Assembly: GCF_902713615.1 (NCBI RefSeq)
Contig: NC_052172.1
Span: forward strand, 6,491,337-6,555,336
Reading direction: 5' to 3'
Source: Scyliorhinus canicula
Taxonomy: Eukaryota
Length of the DNA: 64,000 nucleotides
The notes beneath the pieces are model-generated. The model saw only the letters and a list, made by a program, of their open reading frames with translations. It was not told where the DNA came from and did no database searches. The translations under genes and the position numbers were made by a program. This document shows positions 12,122 to 24,302 of this stretch, one piece after another. Within the stretch, counting starts at the first letter, position 1. Each line of letters starts with the position of its first letter.

Positions 12122-13999
12122 AATAACCAACATCCACCCAGTCCTCGGCGGGTAAGCAGCGCCACATATTGGCCGAGCACAGAATAACAAGTAGGGATGT
12201 AATAGAGGTGTTCACAATGATAACCGGGTTTCCTTGGTTGATCAGGAAACAGTAATTCCATTGGAGGAGGGTCGTGAACCACAGGCTAGGGACTTATGTT
12301 TGTTGGCACAAACAACATTGGGTGACAGTGAGTTCTTGTGACCCGGAATTGACTGCCTCCTGAAGTGTGAGCAGCAGATTCAATTGTAAATTTCCACAGG
12401 GATAATTAATTTAAGGGGAGACTGCTGGATATCAAGTGGCAGCTATGTTCAAACAGCAAATTGGGTGTGGTGGTTTAGATGGGGTGGGTGGGTAATTAGG
12501 TAGCAGATACAAATCCGGGAACCATAAGTGGTTAGTGATTATCTCACTCGGTTACTTCAGATGGGTGGGGAGAATGTAGACCACGCTCATACAAAACGTA
12601 TGTTTGAGAAAAACAGCGCTGGATATTTAATAGAATTTACGGAAATGCTGAAGAAGTACATCGGAAGAAATGAATAGGAAGATATTCAATAGAGATAGTT
12701 GAGGAGGGCTAGAATTTCTAATTGGGAAGATTTTACAAAGAGAGCTGGCACAGAGTCAATGGGAGGAATGGCCTGTGTTTATATCAAGAGGTGCCGGTTT
12801 CTGCTCCGATAAGCTAAAAGCGAATCAATGGGTTAAATTATTTTCCGAGCACAAACCAAAGATTATTACACAACAGGTCAAACTAGGCTTGAGTCTGAGA
12901 GAAGCGAGTTAACGGTTGTCAGCAGTCTCAAACCGCCCTCAGGAGGCAGGTGACCCTTCGATTAACAGAGGACCTCGGAGATGTTTAAAGATTCTGAGCT
13001 GAATTATTTTCTATGTGTGTGGGACATTCCTCTTGGAGCTGAGGATGCTATGCAGAGGATATCCTCAATAGTAAAACGATGATGGATTTCAGTTTGTGTG
13101 GGAACCGCAAGAACCGGGATTTCACTCCATACAGCGAGGAAGATGAGGGGCATATTTGATCGAGGCGTTGAGAATCAGGAACGTCTTTGATGGTGCGAAT
13201 AGGGAGCAATTATACCAGTGGCAGGTGGTTCGTCAGCTAAAGGGGAATGTGCTGAGATAACTGGAGGAGATAATTAGAATCGGTTTCTTCTGTGTGTTTT
13301 TATATCTGGAATATGTCACCAGGACGGATACTGAACGGAGACCGAATCCGGACTGACGGGAACATTCTTCAACAGGGCTAGTACAGACAAGGAAGGCTGA
13401 ATAATTCCCTTTCGTGCTAAATCAGTTCATGGCCATATCAAAATCGGCCTCTCCGTCGTTAGTACTGTGACGTTTTGATCCGTTGGCAACGTCATCTGGT
13501 TGTAAACATGTCGACAACATCTTACATTATCTACATTGATAGAATTTTCGTCATTAATTAGTGCCAATTGCAACCACTTAAAGTTTGACAGATGGATAAT
13601 TAATGGATAGAAAGGAGATAAATACACCGGGATCTATGCAGATAGGTAGGTAGGCAGATAATACATTTGAGGTTGATGATAGATAGAAGACAGCTGGCTT
13701 TCCCTCTGCCATTGAGAACTAGATTTCTCCTTGCAGACCCCTCCCCTCCATATCAGCAGAACACGGTGACTGGTGTGTTTGAGACCGGTGGGTTTATGTC
13801 CCAAATTTCAGCCCGACTGTGCCTCTGTGCATCACTGCAATCACAGAAATACCGACCTACATCTCTCTGCTCCACTGTCCCTATCTTCAGGTCGAACTTG
13901 TTGCCCGCAGGCCTTCTTGTGAATTGTGTTTTGAAAGTGCCGGTACAGTCACATGGTCTGGATCACCTTCTCCCCTACGTCAGGGAAATCTGTGGATGG

Positions 14000-14900
14000 A
14001 CCAGAGAACATTGGTCGACGCTGAGAGAATTCATCATATCTGTCTTCACAAAAGTGAATGAGGAGGTAGATACAGATATCGGGAGGGGACTGTGAAGTTC
14101 TTGAGCAAATTGTCAAAGGAAGTGACACGTTAGTGGAGTTGCTGGCAAGTTTAAAAGTGGTCAAATCTCCAGATCCAGATGAATTGTATACCAGGATGCT
14201 GTGGGAGGCGCAGGGGGTGGATGTGGGGCTCGGAGCCAAATTGTTAATCCCTCTCCGGTCTCGGGGGAGGTGCCAGGGGACAGTAGAATGTGTGGATACC
14301 AGAAGCATGGAGGTCATGTCGGAGTTGAATGGAACTTTGGTGAGGCCACAGCTGGAGCACTGTGAGCAATTATTGTCGCCACATTATAGGAACGATGTGA
14401 GGGGGAGCTGCAACGATTCACCAAGATATTGCCTGGGTGGAACATTTAAGTTATGAAGAGAGGTTGGGTATGCTTGCGTTGTTTTCTCTGGTGAAGCGAT
14501 TGTTGAGGGGGTCCTGATCGAGGTGTACAGGATTAAGAAGGATACAGTCAGGGCGGTTAGGGAACAACTGTTACCCTTATTTAAAGGGGCAGTTAAGAGG
14601 CGTCACAAGTTCAAGGTGACGGGCAGGAGTTTTAGGGGGGGTTTATGGGAATCCTTTTTTACCCAGAGGTTGGTGACGGTCTGGAACGCACTGCCTGGGA
14701 AGGTGGGTGGGGAGCGTTGCCTCGCATCCTTTAAAAAGTAACTGGATGAGCACTTGGGCCATTTTAACATTCAAGTCTCTGGGCCAGGTGCTGGCAAATG
14801 GGATTAAGTGGGCAGGTCAACTGTTTTTCATGCGTCAGTACAGGCTTGATGGGCCGAAGGTCCTCCTCTCTGCTGTGTTATTCTGTGATGCTATGATTCC
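14000..14900 (+). mobile_element. Fragmented CR1 (duplicated spacer copy, internally deleted)
   Basis: SPDPDELYTRMLWE, RPQLEHC remnants and 3' UTR. Confidence 0.8.
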
Positions 14901-14924
14901 ATGGCAACAGTAATTTATCCAATT

Positions 14925-14938
14925 CTGCCACCTGGTGG
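14925..14938 (-). promoter_or_regulatory. CTCF motif 21 bp 3' of V3 nonamer
   Basis: CCACCAGGTGGCAG. Confidence 0.75.
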
Positions 14939-14959
14939 CGGGAATGAGCTCTGGGTGCA

Positions 14960-14998
14960 GGTTTTTGTCGCTGTGGATCCGCTTTCTCAAACGCTGTG
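14960..14998 (-). other. 23-RSS of V3
   Basis: CACAGCG + 23 bp + ACAAAAACC. Confidence 0.97.
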
Positions 14999-15732
14999 AT
15001 ACTACAAGCACAGAAGTAGACAGCGTTGTGAGATACAGCGGCGTGTCTCAGTTTGATACTAAACAGCGTGTTGCTAGTCCTGACTGCATCGAACGGCTCG
15101 GATGTGTAGTTGTTGAGGTTCCCTTCTCCAGCAGAATCGAAAAGAGTGTCCAATGCCCGATTTGGTTGTTGTCTGTACCAGAACATTTGGGGATAGTTAG
15201 TATTCTTCAGCGTGCAGCTGATAATGGCTGATTTTCCTGCTGCGATCGAGAGCACAGATGGCGACTGTTCCACGTAAGAGGCGAGTATTCCTGCCGAATA
15301 AAACATGCGTTAGATTATCAGGTTAATTATTAATCGATTAGGTGGAGATAAACATATAACACGCAATAACATCCATTTATAAAGCATCATTCCCGCCTCA
15401 GAAAGTCCCAACTCCTTTTATCAACAAGAAATAATTCGTTACAATCTGGTCAGTGTTGTGATGGCGTCACTGACTTCCGCCCAGACGGCACCTCTGAAAA
15501 TGCCGACCTCTCACCACACTGACCTCGAGAGGATCCCCGTAGATTGTGTCCTCAATCTCAAGGGAAAGAGTGGCGTCTGCACCTTCTGATTCCGAGGATA
15601 CAGTCCTCCTAGAGGGGCGACACACGGCATTATGTTGCAAAACATCACAAAGACCTCTCCAAATGTTTGCCACTTTGACTTACGTGGAATTAGTGACACC
15701 ATCAATGTTAGATAATGAACTTCACACACCAT
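14999..15732 (-). CDS. TRBV: TCR beta-like V gene, family A (V3): leader 15684-15732, V exon 14999-15290
   Basis: Leader MVCEVHYLTLMVSLIP/GTAAGT; open V exon ending YFCACS; LFDS instead of LFYS and HNAVY instead of HTAVY may affect function. Confidence 0.9.
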
Positions 15733-15850
15733 GGTGGCAGCGTCAATCGATACAACTTTGCTGTGTAAACTAATGGAGCTCAGGACCACGTTCAGATGCC
15801 GCCCCGCTCCTATGACTGATTAAATACGATACATTCGGTTGAGGTTAACA

Positions 15851-15868
15851 AGTGACGTCGATTTCCTG
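15851..15868. promoter_or_regulatory. V3 promoter CRE/T-beta-decamer-like site plus ETS core
   Basis: AGTGACGTCG-A-TTTCCTG. Confidence 0.55.
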
Positions 15869-16652
15869 AATAGCCAACACCCCACCCAGTCCTCGGGCCA
15901 GTCAGCAGCGCCACATATTGGCAGAGCACAGAACGACAAGTAGGGATGTAATAGAGGTGTTCACAATGATAACCGGATTTGATTGTGTTGATGAAGAAAC
16001 ATTAATTCCATTGAAGGAGGTCGTGAACCACAGGATACAAACTTAAGGTTGTTGGCAGAAACAAAATCAATGAGTGACATTGAGTTTTTGTGACCCGGAA
16101 TTGCTGAAGTGTCTGCCTGATAGAGTGTGAGCAGCAGATTCAATTATAACTTTCCAAAGGGATAATTAGGTGAAGAGGAGACATTTAGATATCAAGTGGC
16201 CGCTATGTTCAATGAGCAAGGGGGTTTTGGGGTGTGGTAAGGGGGGTGTAATTGTGTAGCAGATACCAAACCGGGAACCATAAGTGGTCAGTAATAAACT
16301 CACTCTGTTTTCTCAGATGCGTGGTGAGAATGTGGATCTCGCTCATACAGAACGTGTTTGAGGAAAACGGCGTTGGGTATTTGATAGAATTGGCGGAGAT
16401 GCTGAAGATATACATCGGAAGAAATGAATAGAAAGATATTCAATAGGGATAGACGAGGAGGGTTGGGATTTCTAATTGGGAAGATTTTACAAAGAGAGTC
16501 GATAGGAAGAATGGCCTCGTTTTTTCAGTTCAGTCGGTGAAGCTCCAATAGGCTAAAAGCGAAGCAAGGGTTTAAATTATTTTCCGGGCACCAACCACAT
16601 ATTATTACATAAACACCTGAAAAGTGGGCCTGAATCCGAGAGAAGCGAGTTA

Positions 16653-16985
16653 TAGAACATAGAACATAGAACAGTACAGCACAGAACAGGCCCTTCGGCC
16701 CTCGATGTTGTGCCGAACAATGATCACCCTACTTAAACCCACGTAACCCGTATACCCATAACCCAACAATCCCCCCATTAACCTTACACTACGGGCAATT
16801 TAGCATGGCCAATCCACCTAACCCGCACATCTTTGGACTGTGGGAGGAAACCGGAGCACCCGGAGGAAACCCACGCACACACGGGGAGGACGTGCAGACT
16901 CCACACAGACAGTGACCCAGCCAGGACTCAAACCCACGTATCCACCCTATACCCGTAACCCAACAACCCCCCCCCCTTAACCATA
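16653..16985 (-). mobile_element. HE1-like V-SINE
   Basis: (TAGAACA)n tail and core. Confidence 0.88.
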
Positions 16986-17007
16986 TCCTTATCCTAAATA
17001 GTAAAAC

Positions 17008-18050
17008 GATGATAGAATATAGAACAGAATATAGAAAAGTACAGCACAGGAACAGGAGCTTTGGCCCTCGAAGCCTGTGCCGACAATGCTGTCCGGGGTC
17101 TAACGTAAACTTTTCTACACTTCCGGGGTGCATATCCCTCTATTCCCATGCTATTCATGTATTTGTCAAGGTGCCCTGTAAACGTCACTATCGTACCTGC
17201 TTCCACCACCTCCTCTGACAGCCAGTTACAGACACCCACTACCCTCTGCGTAAAAAATTTCCCTCACCCATCTCACCTTAAACTTATGACCCCCAGTAAT
17301 TGACTCTTCCACCCTTGGAAAAAGCTTTTCACTATCCACTTTGTCCACCCCCTCATAATTTTGTAGACATCGATCAGGCCGCCCCACATCCTCCATCGTT
17401 CCAATGAGAACAAATCAATTTTAATCAACCTCTCCTCATAGCTAATTCCCTCCATACCAGGCAAATCCTTGTAAATCTCTTCTGTACCCTCTCTAAAGCC
17501 TCCACATCTTTCTGGTAGTGTGGCAACCAGAATTGAACACTATATTCCAAGTGTAGCCTAACTAAGGTTCTATACAGCTGCAACATGACTTGCCAATTTT
17601 ATACTCAATATCCCGACCCATAAAGACAGGCATGCCGTATGGCTTCGTGGCTACTTGCGTTGCCACTTGCAGTACACCCAGACCCCTCTGCCTATCAATA
17701 CCCTTAAGGATTCTGCCATTTACTGTATATTTCCCACCCATATTAGACCTTCCAAAATGCACAGCCTCACATTTGTGTGGATTAACCTCCACCTACCATC
17801 TCTCCACCCAAGTCTCCAAACGATCCAAATCCTGCTATATCCTCTGACAGTCCTCATCGCTATCCGCAATCCCACCAACCTTTGTATTGTTCGCAAACTT
17901 ACTCATCAGACCAATTACATTTTCCTCCAAATGATTTATATATACTGCAAACAGCAACGGTCCCAGTCCAGATCCCTGCAGAACACCACTAGTCACAGCC
18001 CTCCATTCAGAAAAGCACCTTTCCACTGCTACCCTCTGTCTTCTATGACC
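17008..18050 (-). mobile_element. CR1 3' fragment
   Basis: WRAVTSGVLQGSGLGPLLF, PGMEGISYEERL; (TTCTA)n-like tail. Confidence 0.88.
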
Positions 18051-18409
18051 TCATTTGGAAGTACTCTCAACTTCATTCCCTCTCTCATTCACCCCATATT
18101 CACATTCACCCCCACACCCTCATTCATCCCTCACCCATATCCTCATTCAGACCCTTACTCTCCTTTCAGGGTCTTTGCTCCCTGCTCTCCCCATCAATGC
18201 TGGACAGGGGTTTCGCAGAACCCAAATCAAAGCAAGATTTTCCATTTAAATGATTGGAAAATCAGGAGATCCATTTCCAAACCCAAGATTTTCAGCCTCA
18301 AAATGTAACCAAAACATGAAATACACAATATTTATTTGTCAAAAATGGGCACAACATAATCTATAGAATACACAATTCACAAATACTGTTAACATTCATG
18401 ATCAATAAG

Positions 18410-20110
18410 GTGGTTTGTAGATTTGAAGAACGCTCGAATGAATTGTTGCACCTTCTGCTTTCCTTGGTACAGCCTCCTGTCGCAGCTGAGGCCACTTTTA
18501 ATCTCTGCTGATCTTTAATGATCTTCTTCGGAAGGGAGTTCATCTTTGAAATTTTTCAATGCTCCATCAATGAGCTTGAAAGCCTCCGACATGTTTTTAA
18601 AAATAAATTTAGAGTACCCAATTCATTTTTTTCCAATTAAGGGGCAATTTAGCGTGGCCAACCCACCGACCATGCACATCTTTAGATTGTGGGCGTGAAA
18701 CCCATGCAAACACGGGGAGAACCTGCACATTCCACACGGAAAGTGACCCAGAGCCAGGATTGAACCTTGGACCTCGGTGCCCTGAGGCAACAATGCTAAC
18801 TACTGCGCCACCGTGCTGCTCCGTGCATTGCAATGTTAACTGCTTGCTTGGAGAAACCACCTCCTTTTCTTGACCTTTACTCGATAGAGCTTGTTCTAGC
18901 TCAAATTTCATCAGCTCCTCTGTTATAGCCCTCTGGGACTCCTCCAGCTGGGCATGATAGATCGCTAGTGATGATTGGGTTGTGAGTTAACCAGCACTCG
19001 TACAACAGTTCAACTGCTATAGCAACTGACACGTAAGGAGACGGGACCCTGAGATGAGTAACCAGGTTCTGTGTAAATATTGCTGTTGTGCTGAATAAAC
19101 GCCTTTCTTATGAACTCTTTGGACTCCCCCTTTGCTGTTTACTTAACCCTCATTGGCAGAGATTCGCTATGATATTCTTGCACCTTTTCAACATTATCTT
19201 GTCCCTACTTCAGAAAATTCTGGTTTGATGGTCATAATCCCTTTCTTGCTGAACAAATTCAATTGGCTCACTAAAGCTGCAGATCGTGAATATCTTCAGG
19301 CAAGATCTTGTGCCGTTCACAGTCGCCTGTTTTACCTCTTAAGCATTTCAAATATTATTAATTGCCTGAACCACGTTGTAGTCAATCCAGAACATGCAGG
19401 CTGTTGGCTTTCTTTCATTGGTCTCCTTGTTGAGTTTAGCGAAGGTCCTGCAGAATTGTAAGCATTGATAAGAACTTGAGCAATACTTTGGATCAAGTAG
19501 TGTTTTTAGGCTGGTATTCTACACAGAATCTTTCAGAGGTCGTTGATGTTCGACGGATGTCCTGGGACATTGTCCAAAAAGTAATAAAGGTTAATGAGTA
19601 ATGCTTTTCTGAATACAATATTTATTGGCAGTTGGGCATAAATGCATTGAAAACCACTCATTAAATATGCCCATTGTCACCAACGCTTTCTTATGTGACA
19701 TGCAAATTACAGGAAATTGCCCTCTAGGTACCCTTCACTGCTTGTGGGCTTTCTGCATGGTACAGGAACAGAAGCCCAATCCTGAGTCACTTTCTGCAGG
19801 GCCACCCTAAAACACAGTCAAGCAATCCTTAGCTAGCTTGAATCCTGGTACAGTTTTCCCTCTGATTAAAAGGTCTTGCCGGGAATTCTCCTCCAAAAAA
19901 AAACACATTGAAAATTTGCTGCAGTCTGAATAGCCTTCCTCGTCAACGGTGACCTTTTATTCTGCCGGGTGATTATTGATTGGTTCAATATCCACGCTTG
20001 TAGCTTCATTACTCATCTTGGTGTTACGGAGGCCGCGGTGTCTTTGGAAACTGTCAAACCATCACGACCCATTTTTACCATCCAACCAAACTTTGGGACC
20101 CATGCTGGCC
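18410..20110 (-). mobile_element. Tigger/pogo (Tc1-mariner, DDE_1) transposase fossil, interrupted by a SINE
   Basis: Manual minus-strand translation across frames: WFDSFQRHRGLRNTKMSNEATSVD; QQIFNV..FFWRRIPGKTF..PGFKLAKDCLT; KKALVT..FNEWF; LLDNVPGHP; QPKNTT; FWIDYNVVQAINNI; SEAFKLIDGAL. Confidence 0.8.
18595..18820 (-). mobile_element. Short V-SINE nested in the Tigger fossil
   Basis: Core and head. Confidence 0.82.
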
Positions 20111-20362
20111 GACCATAACTACCCACCATTTTCGCTTACCTGTGATGCAACCGGCGATGGATTTCAGTTTGTGTGGGGTCTGCAACAACCAGGATTTCAC
20201 TCCATAGAACGAAGAAGATGTGGGACAGATTTAATTGAGGCGTTGAGAATTAGGAGCATTTCTCATCGTGTGAAGAAAGATAAATTTTTAAAGTGGCAGA
20301 TGGTTCGCTAGCTAATGGAGAATGTGTTAAGATACTGGAGAATGTGGAGATACTTAGAATCT

Positions 20363-20700
20363 CGCAGCACGGTACCATAGTGGTTTGCTCAGTTGCTTCA
20401 CAGCTCGAGGGTCCAGGTTCGATTCTCGGCTTGGGTCACTGTCTGTGCGGAGTTTAAACGTTGCCTGCGTGGGTTTCCTCCGGGTGCTCCGGTATCGTCC
20501 CACAGTCCAAAGATGTGTAGGTTAGGTGGATTGGCCATTCTAAATTGCCCCTAGTGTCCAAAAAGGTTAGGTGGCTGGGTTAGAATAAAGGGGTGAGGGT
20601 GAAGGTATGGGGCTTAAGTGGGGTGTTCTTTCAAAGGGCCAGAACATACTAGATGGGCGAAATGGCCTCTTCCTGCATTGTACATTCTATGATACTCTAT
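20363..20700 (+). mobile_element. HE1-like V-SINE
   Basis: Head, core and tail. Confidence 0.85.
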
Positions 20701-21399
20701 GAATCGGTTTGTTCCATGTGTTTTATGTTCTGAAACATGTCACCTGTACGGATACTGAATGGACCGAATCGGGACTGACTGGATCATTCTTCAACAGAGC
20801 TAGTACAGACAAGGAAGGCAGAATAACCTCCTTTCGCGCTAAATCAGTCTATGGTCTTATCAAAATACGCCTCTCTAACATTACTACTGTGAAGTGTTGA
20901 TCCGTTAACAACGTCATCTGATTATAAACATATCGATGGCACCTTAAAGGAAGGACATTATCTACATTGAAAGATTGTTCGTCATTACTTAGTGCCAATT
21001 GCAATCACTTAAAGTTAGACAAATGAATGAATAATGGATAGACAGGAGATAAATACAGACATCTATTCAGATAGGTAGGTAGGCAGATAGATAATACATT
21101 TGAGGTAGATGATAGACAGAAGACAGCTAGCTTTCTCTCTACCATTGAGAACTAAATTTCACCATGCTGACCTCTGCCCTCCAGATCAGCAGAACACGGT
21201 AACTGGCCGTGTTTGAGACGGGCGTGTTTATTTCCCAAGTTGCAGAAATACCGAGCTACTTCGCTCTGCTTCACTGTCCCTACCTTCATATCGAATTTGT
21301 TGTCTGCAGTCTTCTTGTGAATTGTGTTTTGAATGTGCTGGTACAGTCACATGGGCTGAATCACCTTCTCTTCTACATCATCGAAATCTGTGGATGCAC

Positions 21400-23295
21400 C
21401 AGAGCACATTGGTAGCTGTTGAACGAATTCTTCATATCTGTCTTCACCAAAGAGAATGAGGAGGTAGATTCAGATCTCGGGAGGGTGCGGGTGGGGGGGA
21501 CTGTGAATTTATTGAGCAAATTGTCACAGGGAGTGACAAGTTATTGGAGTTGCTGGCAAGATAAAAAGTGCTCATATCTCCAGATCCGGATGAATTGTGC
21601 CCAGGCTGCTGTGGGAGGCGAAGGAGGAGGTTGTGGGGCTCGGACCCAAATTGTTAATCTCCTCCGGCCTCTGGGGAGGTGCCAGAGAACTGGGGAGCAG
21701 TTAATTTTGTCCCACTGTTTAAGAAAGGTTGTAGAGATAAGCCAGGGAATTATAGACCAGTGAGTCTCACGTCAGTGGCAGGGAAACTATTGGAGAATAT
21801 TCTGAAGAAGAGAACCTATCCGAACTCGGAAAGGCAAGGTTTGATCAGGAATAGTCCGCATGACTTTGTCAGAGGGACGTCATGCCCAACAAACTTCATG
21901 GAATTTTCTGAGCATCTGGCCAAGGTTTGTGTTGCTGTCGTTTTCATGGATTTCAACAAAACCTTTGGTAAGGTCCTACATAGCAGATGTATAAAGAAGG
22001 AAAATGCACATGGGATACATGATAGGTTGATGCAAGCATAAAAGCAAATTAAAGCGGATGATGGAGTCTGAAAAAAAAAGAAAATGCTTGCAAATCTCAG
22101 CAAGTCTGGCAGCATCTGTAGGGAGAGAAAACAGCTAACGTTTCGAGTCCAGATGACCCTTTGTCTAAGCTCAAAGAGCCATCTGGAATGGAAGAGTTAG
22201 CTCTTCTCTCTCTCTACAGATGCTGCCAGATCTGCTGAGATGTTCCAGCATTTTCTTTCTGCATCAGTTGATACGGTGGAGTCATAATTGACTTAGTAGT
22301 AGGAGACTGAGGGCGATGACAGGCGGCACCATTAGTAAGTAGAAACCAGTGTCCAGCGGTATACCACAGGAAACTCTGATGGGTCCCCTATTGTTTGTCA
22401 TTTATGTAAATTGCATAAATTACATAGGTTACCATGTGACAGTAGGATCAGTAATTTTGCGAATGACACAAAGATTGGGAGGGTGGTTATCAGTGAGGTT
22501 GAGTGTCTTGAGGTACAGGAAGATATAGACAAGATGGCCAAATGGCCAGAAAAGTTGTTGATGGTATTTAACCCTGAAAGGTGCGAGGTGATACACTTTG
22601 GAAGGAGCAATTTGACGAGGAAATATTCAATGAATGGCCAGACGTTGATAGATTGGTGAAAATGGCATCTGGGCCACTTATCTTTATCAATCGAGGTACG
22701 GATAACAGAAACATAGAGGTCATGTTGGAGTTGTATAGGCATTTGCTGTGGCCACCGCTGGAGTAGTGTGTAATTCCGGGCGCCACATTACAGGAAGGAA
22801 GAAATTGCACTGGAAGGGGTGCAGAGGCGATTCACCAGGATGTTGACTGCGATGGAACATTTAAGTTATGAAGATAATTTGGCTAGGCTTGGGTTGTTTT
22901 CGATGGAGCAGAGAAGACAGATGGGTGACTTGTTGAGATGTACAAGATTATGAGGGGCATGGACGGAGTGGATAAGGAACAGCTGTTCCCGTAAGTTAAA
23001 TGGTCAGTCACTGGATCACAAGATCAAGGTGACGGTCAGGAGGTTTCGGCAGGATTTGTGAAAAAAGGTTTAAACCCAGAGTGTGATTACCATTTGAAAT
23101 GCACTTCCTGGGAGGGTGCTGGAGGTGAGATGCCTCACATCCTTTAAAAAGCACCTGAATGCGCAGTTGGCACGTCATCACATGCAAGGCTATGGGCCAA
23201 GTGCTGGAAGATGGGATTGGGTGGGCAGGTCAGGTGTTTTTCATGTGTCGGTGCAGACTCCATGCTGCGAAAGGCCTCTTCTGTGCTGCATTATT
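21400..23295 (+). mobile_element. Fragmented CR1 (duplicated spacer copy)
   Basis: NFVPLFKKGCRDKPGNYRPVSLTS remnant and 3' end next to the V4 CTCF site. Confidence 0.85.
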
Positions 23296-23309
23296 CTGCC
23301 ACCTGGTGG
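23296..23309 (-). promoter_or_regulatory. CTCF motif 21 bp 3' of V4 nonamer
   Basis: CCACCAGGTGGCAG. Confidence 0.75.
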
Positions 23310-23330
23310 CGGGAATGAGCTCTTGGTGCA

Positions 23331-23369
23331 GGTTTTTGTCGCCATGGGTCCGCTTTCTCAAACGCTGTG
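23331..23369 (-). other. 23-RSS of V4
   Basis: CACAGCG + 23 bp + ACAAAAACC. Confidence 0.97.
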
Positions 23370-24302
23370 ATACTACAAGCGCAGAAGTAGACAGCGGTGT
23401 GAGATACAGCGGCGTGTTTCAGTTTGAGACGAAACAGCGTGTTGCTAGTCCTGACTGCATCGAACGGCTCGGAGGTGTAGCTGTTGAGGATCCCTGCTCC
23501 AGCAGAATAGAAAAGAGCGTCTATCGGACGATTTGGTTGTTGTCTGTACCAGAACATTCCAAGATTGTTAGTATTCATTAACGTGCAGCTGAGTGTGGCT
23601 GATTTTCGAGCTGCGATCGAGAGCACAGATGGCGATTGTTCCACGTAAGCGGCAAGTATTCCTGCCGAATAAAACATCCGTCAGATTCTTAGGTTGGTCA
23701 ATAATCGCTAAGGCAGATATAAACATAGAAAACGCAATAACATCCATCTTTAAAGCATCATTCCCGCCTCAGGACGTCCCAAATCCTTTCAGCACCAAGA
23801 CATTTTTCGGTAATATCTAGTCATTGTTGAGATGGGGGGAACGCTGCGAACAAAGTAAACATGGTAATGTCCTACTAACCGCAATGGATAACTGAGCAAT
23901 GCGTTTTAGCTTTTTGGCGTTTTTCTGGGGTATTTGTTGGCTCATTAAAGCCAAGACGTGCTGTGGTCTCTAAATTGCGCACTGGGGTTGGGGGTGGGAT
24001 GGGGTGACTGACATCCCCCGAGTGGGGCGCTGTGTTCAGTGTCTGCTTTGGAAGACGGCACCTCTGAAACTGGCGACCTCCCGCCGCACTGACCTCGGGA
24101 GTATCGCCATACATGGTGTCCTCACTGTCAGGGGTAAGAGTGGCACCTGCACCTTCTGATTCCGAGCACAACGTCCTCCGAAAGGGGCGATACTCGACAT
24201 TATACTGCAAAACTCCACAAAGACCTCTCCAAACGTTTGTAACTTTGACTTACGTGGAATTAGCGACACCATCAATGTTAGATAATGAACTTCACGCAAC
24301 AT
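23370..24302 (-). CDS. TRBV: TCR beta-like V gene, family A (V4): leader 24254-24302, V exon 23370-23661
   Basis: Leader MLREVHYLTLMVSLIP/GTAAGT; open V exon ending YFCACS. Confidence 0.92.
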
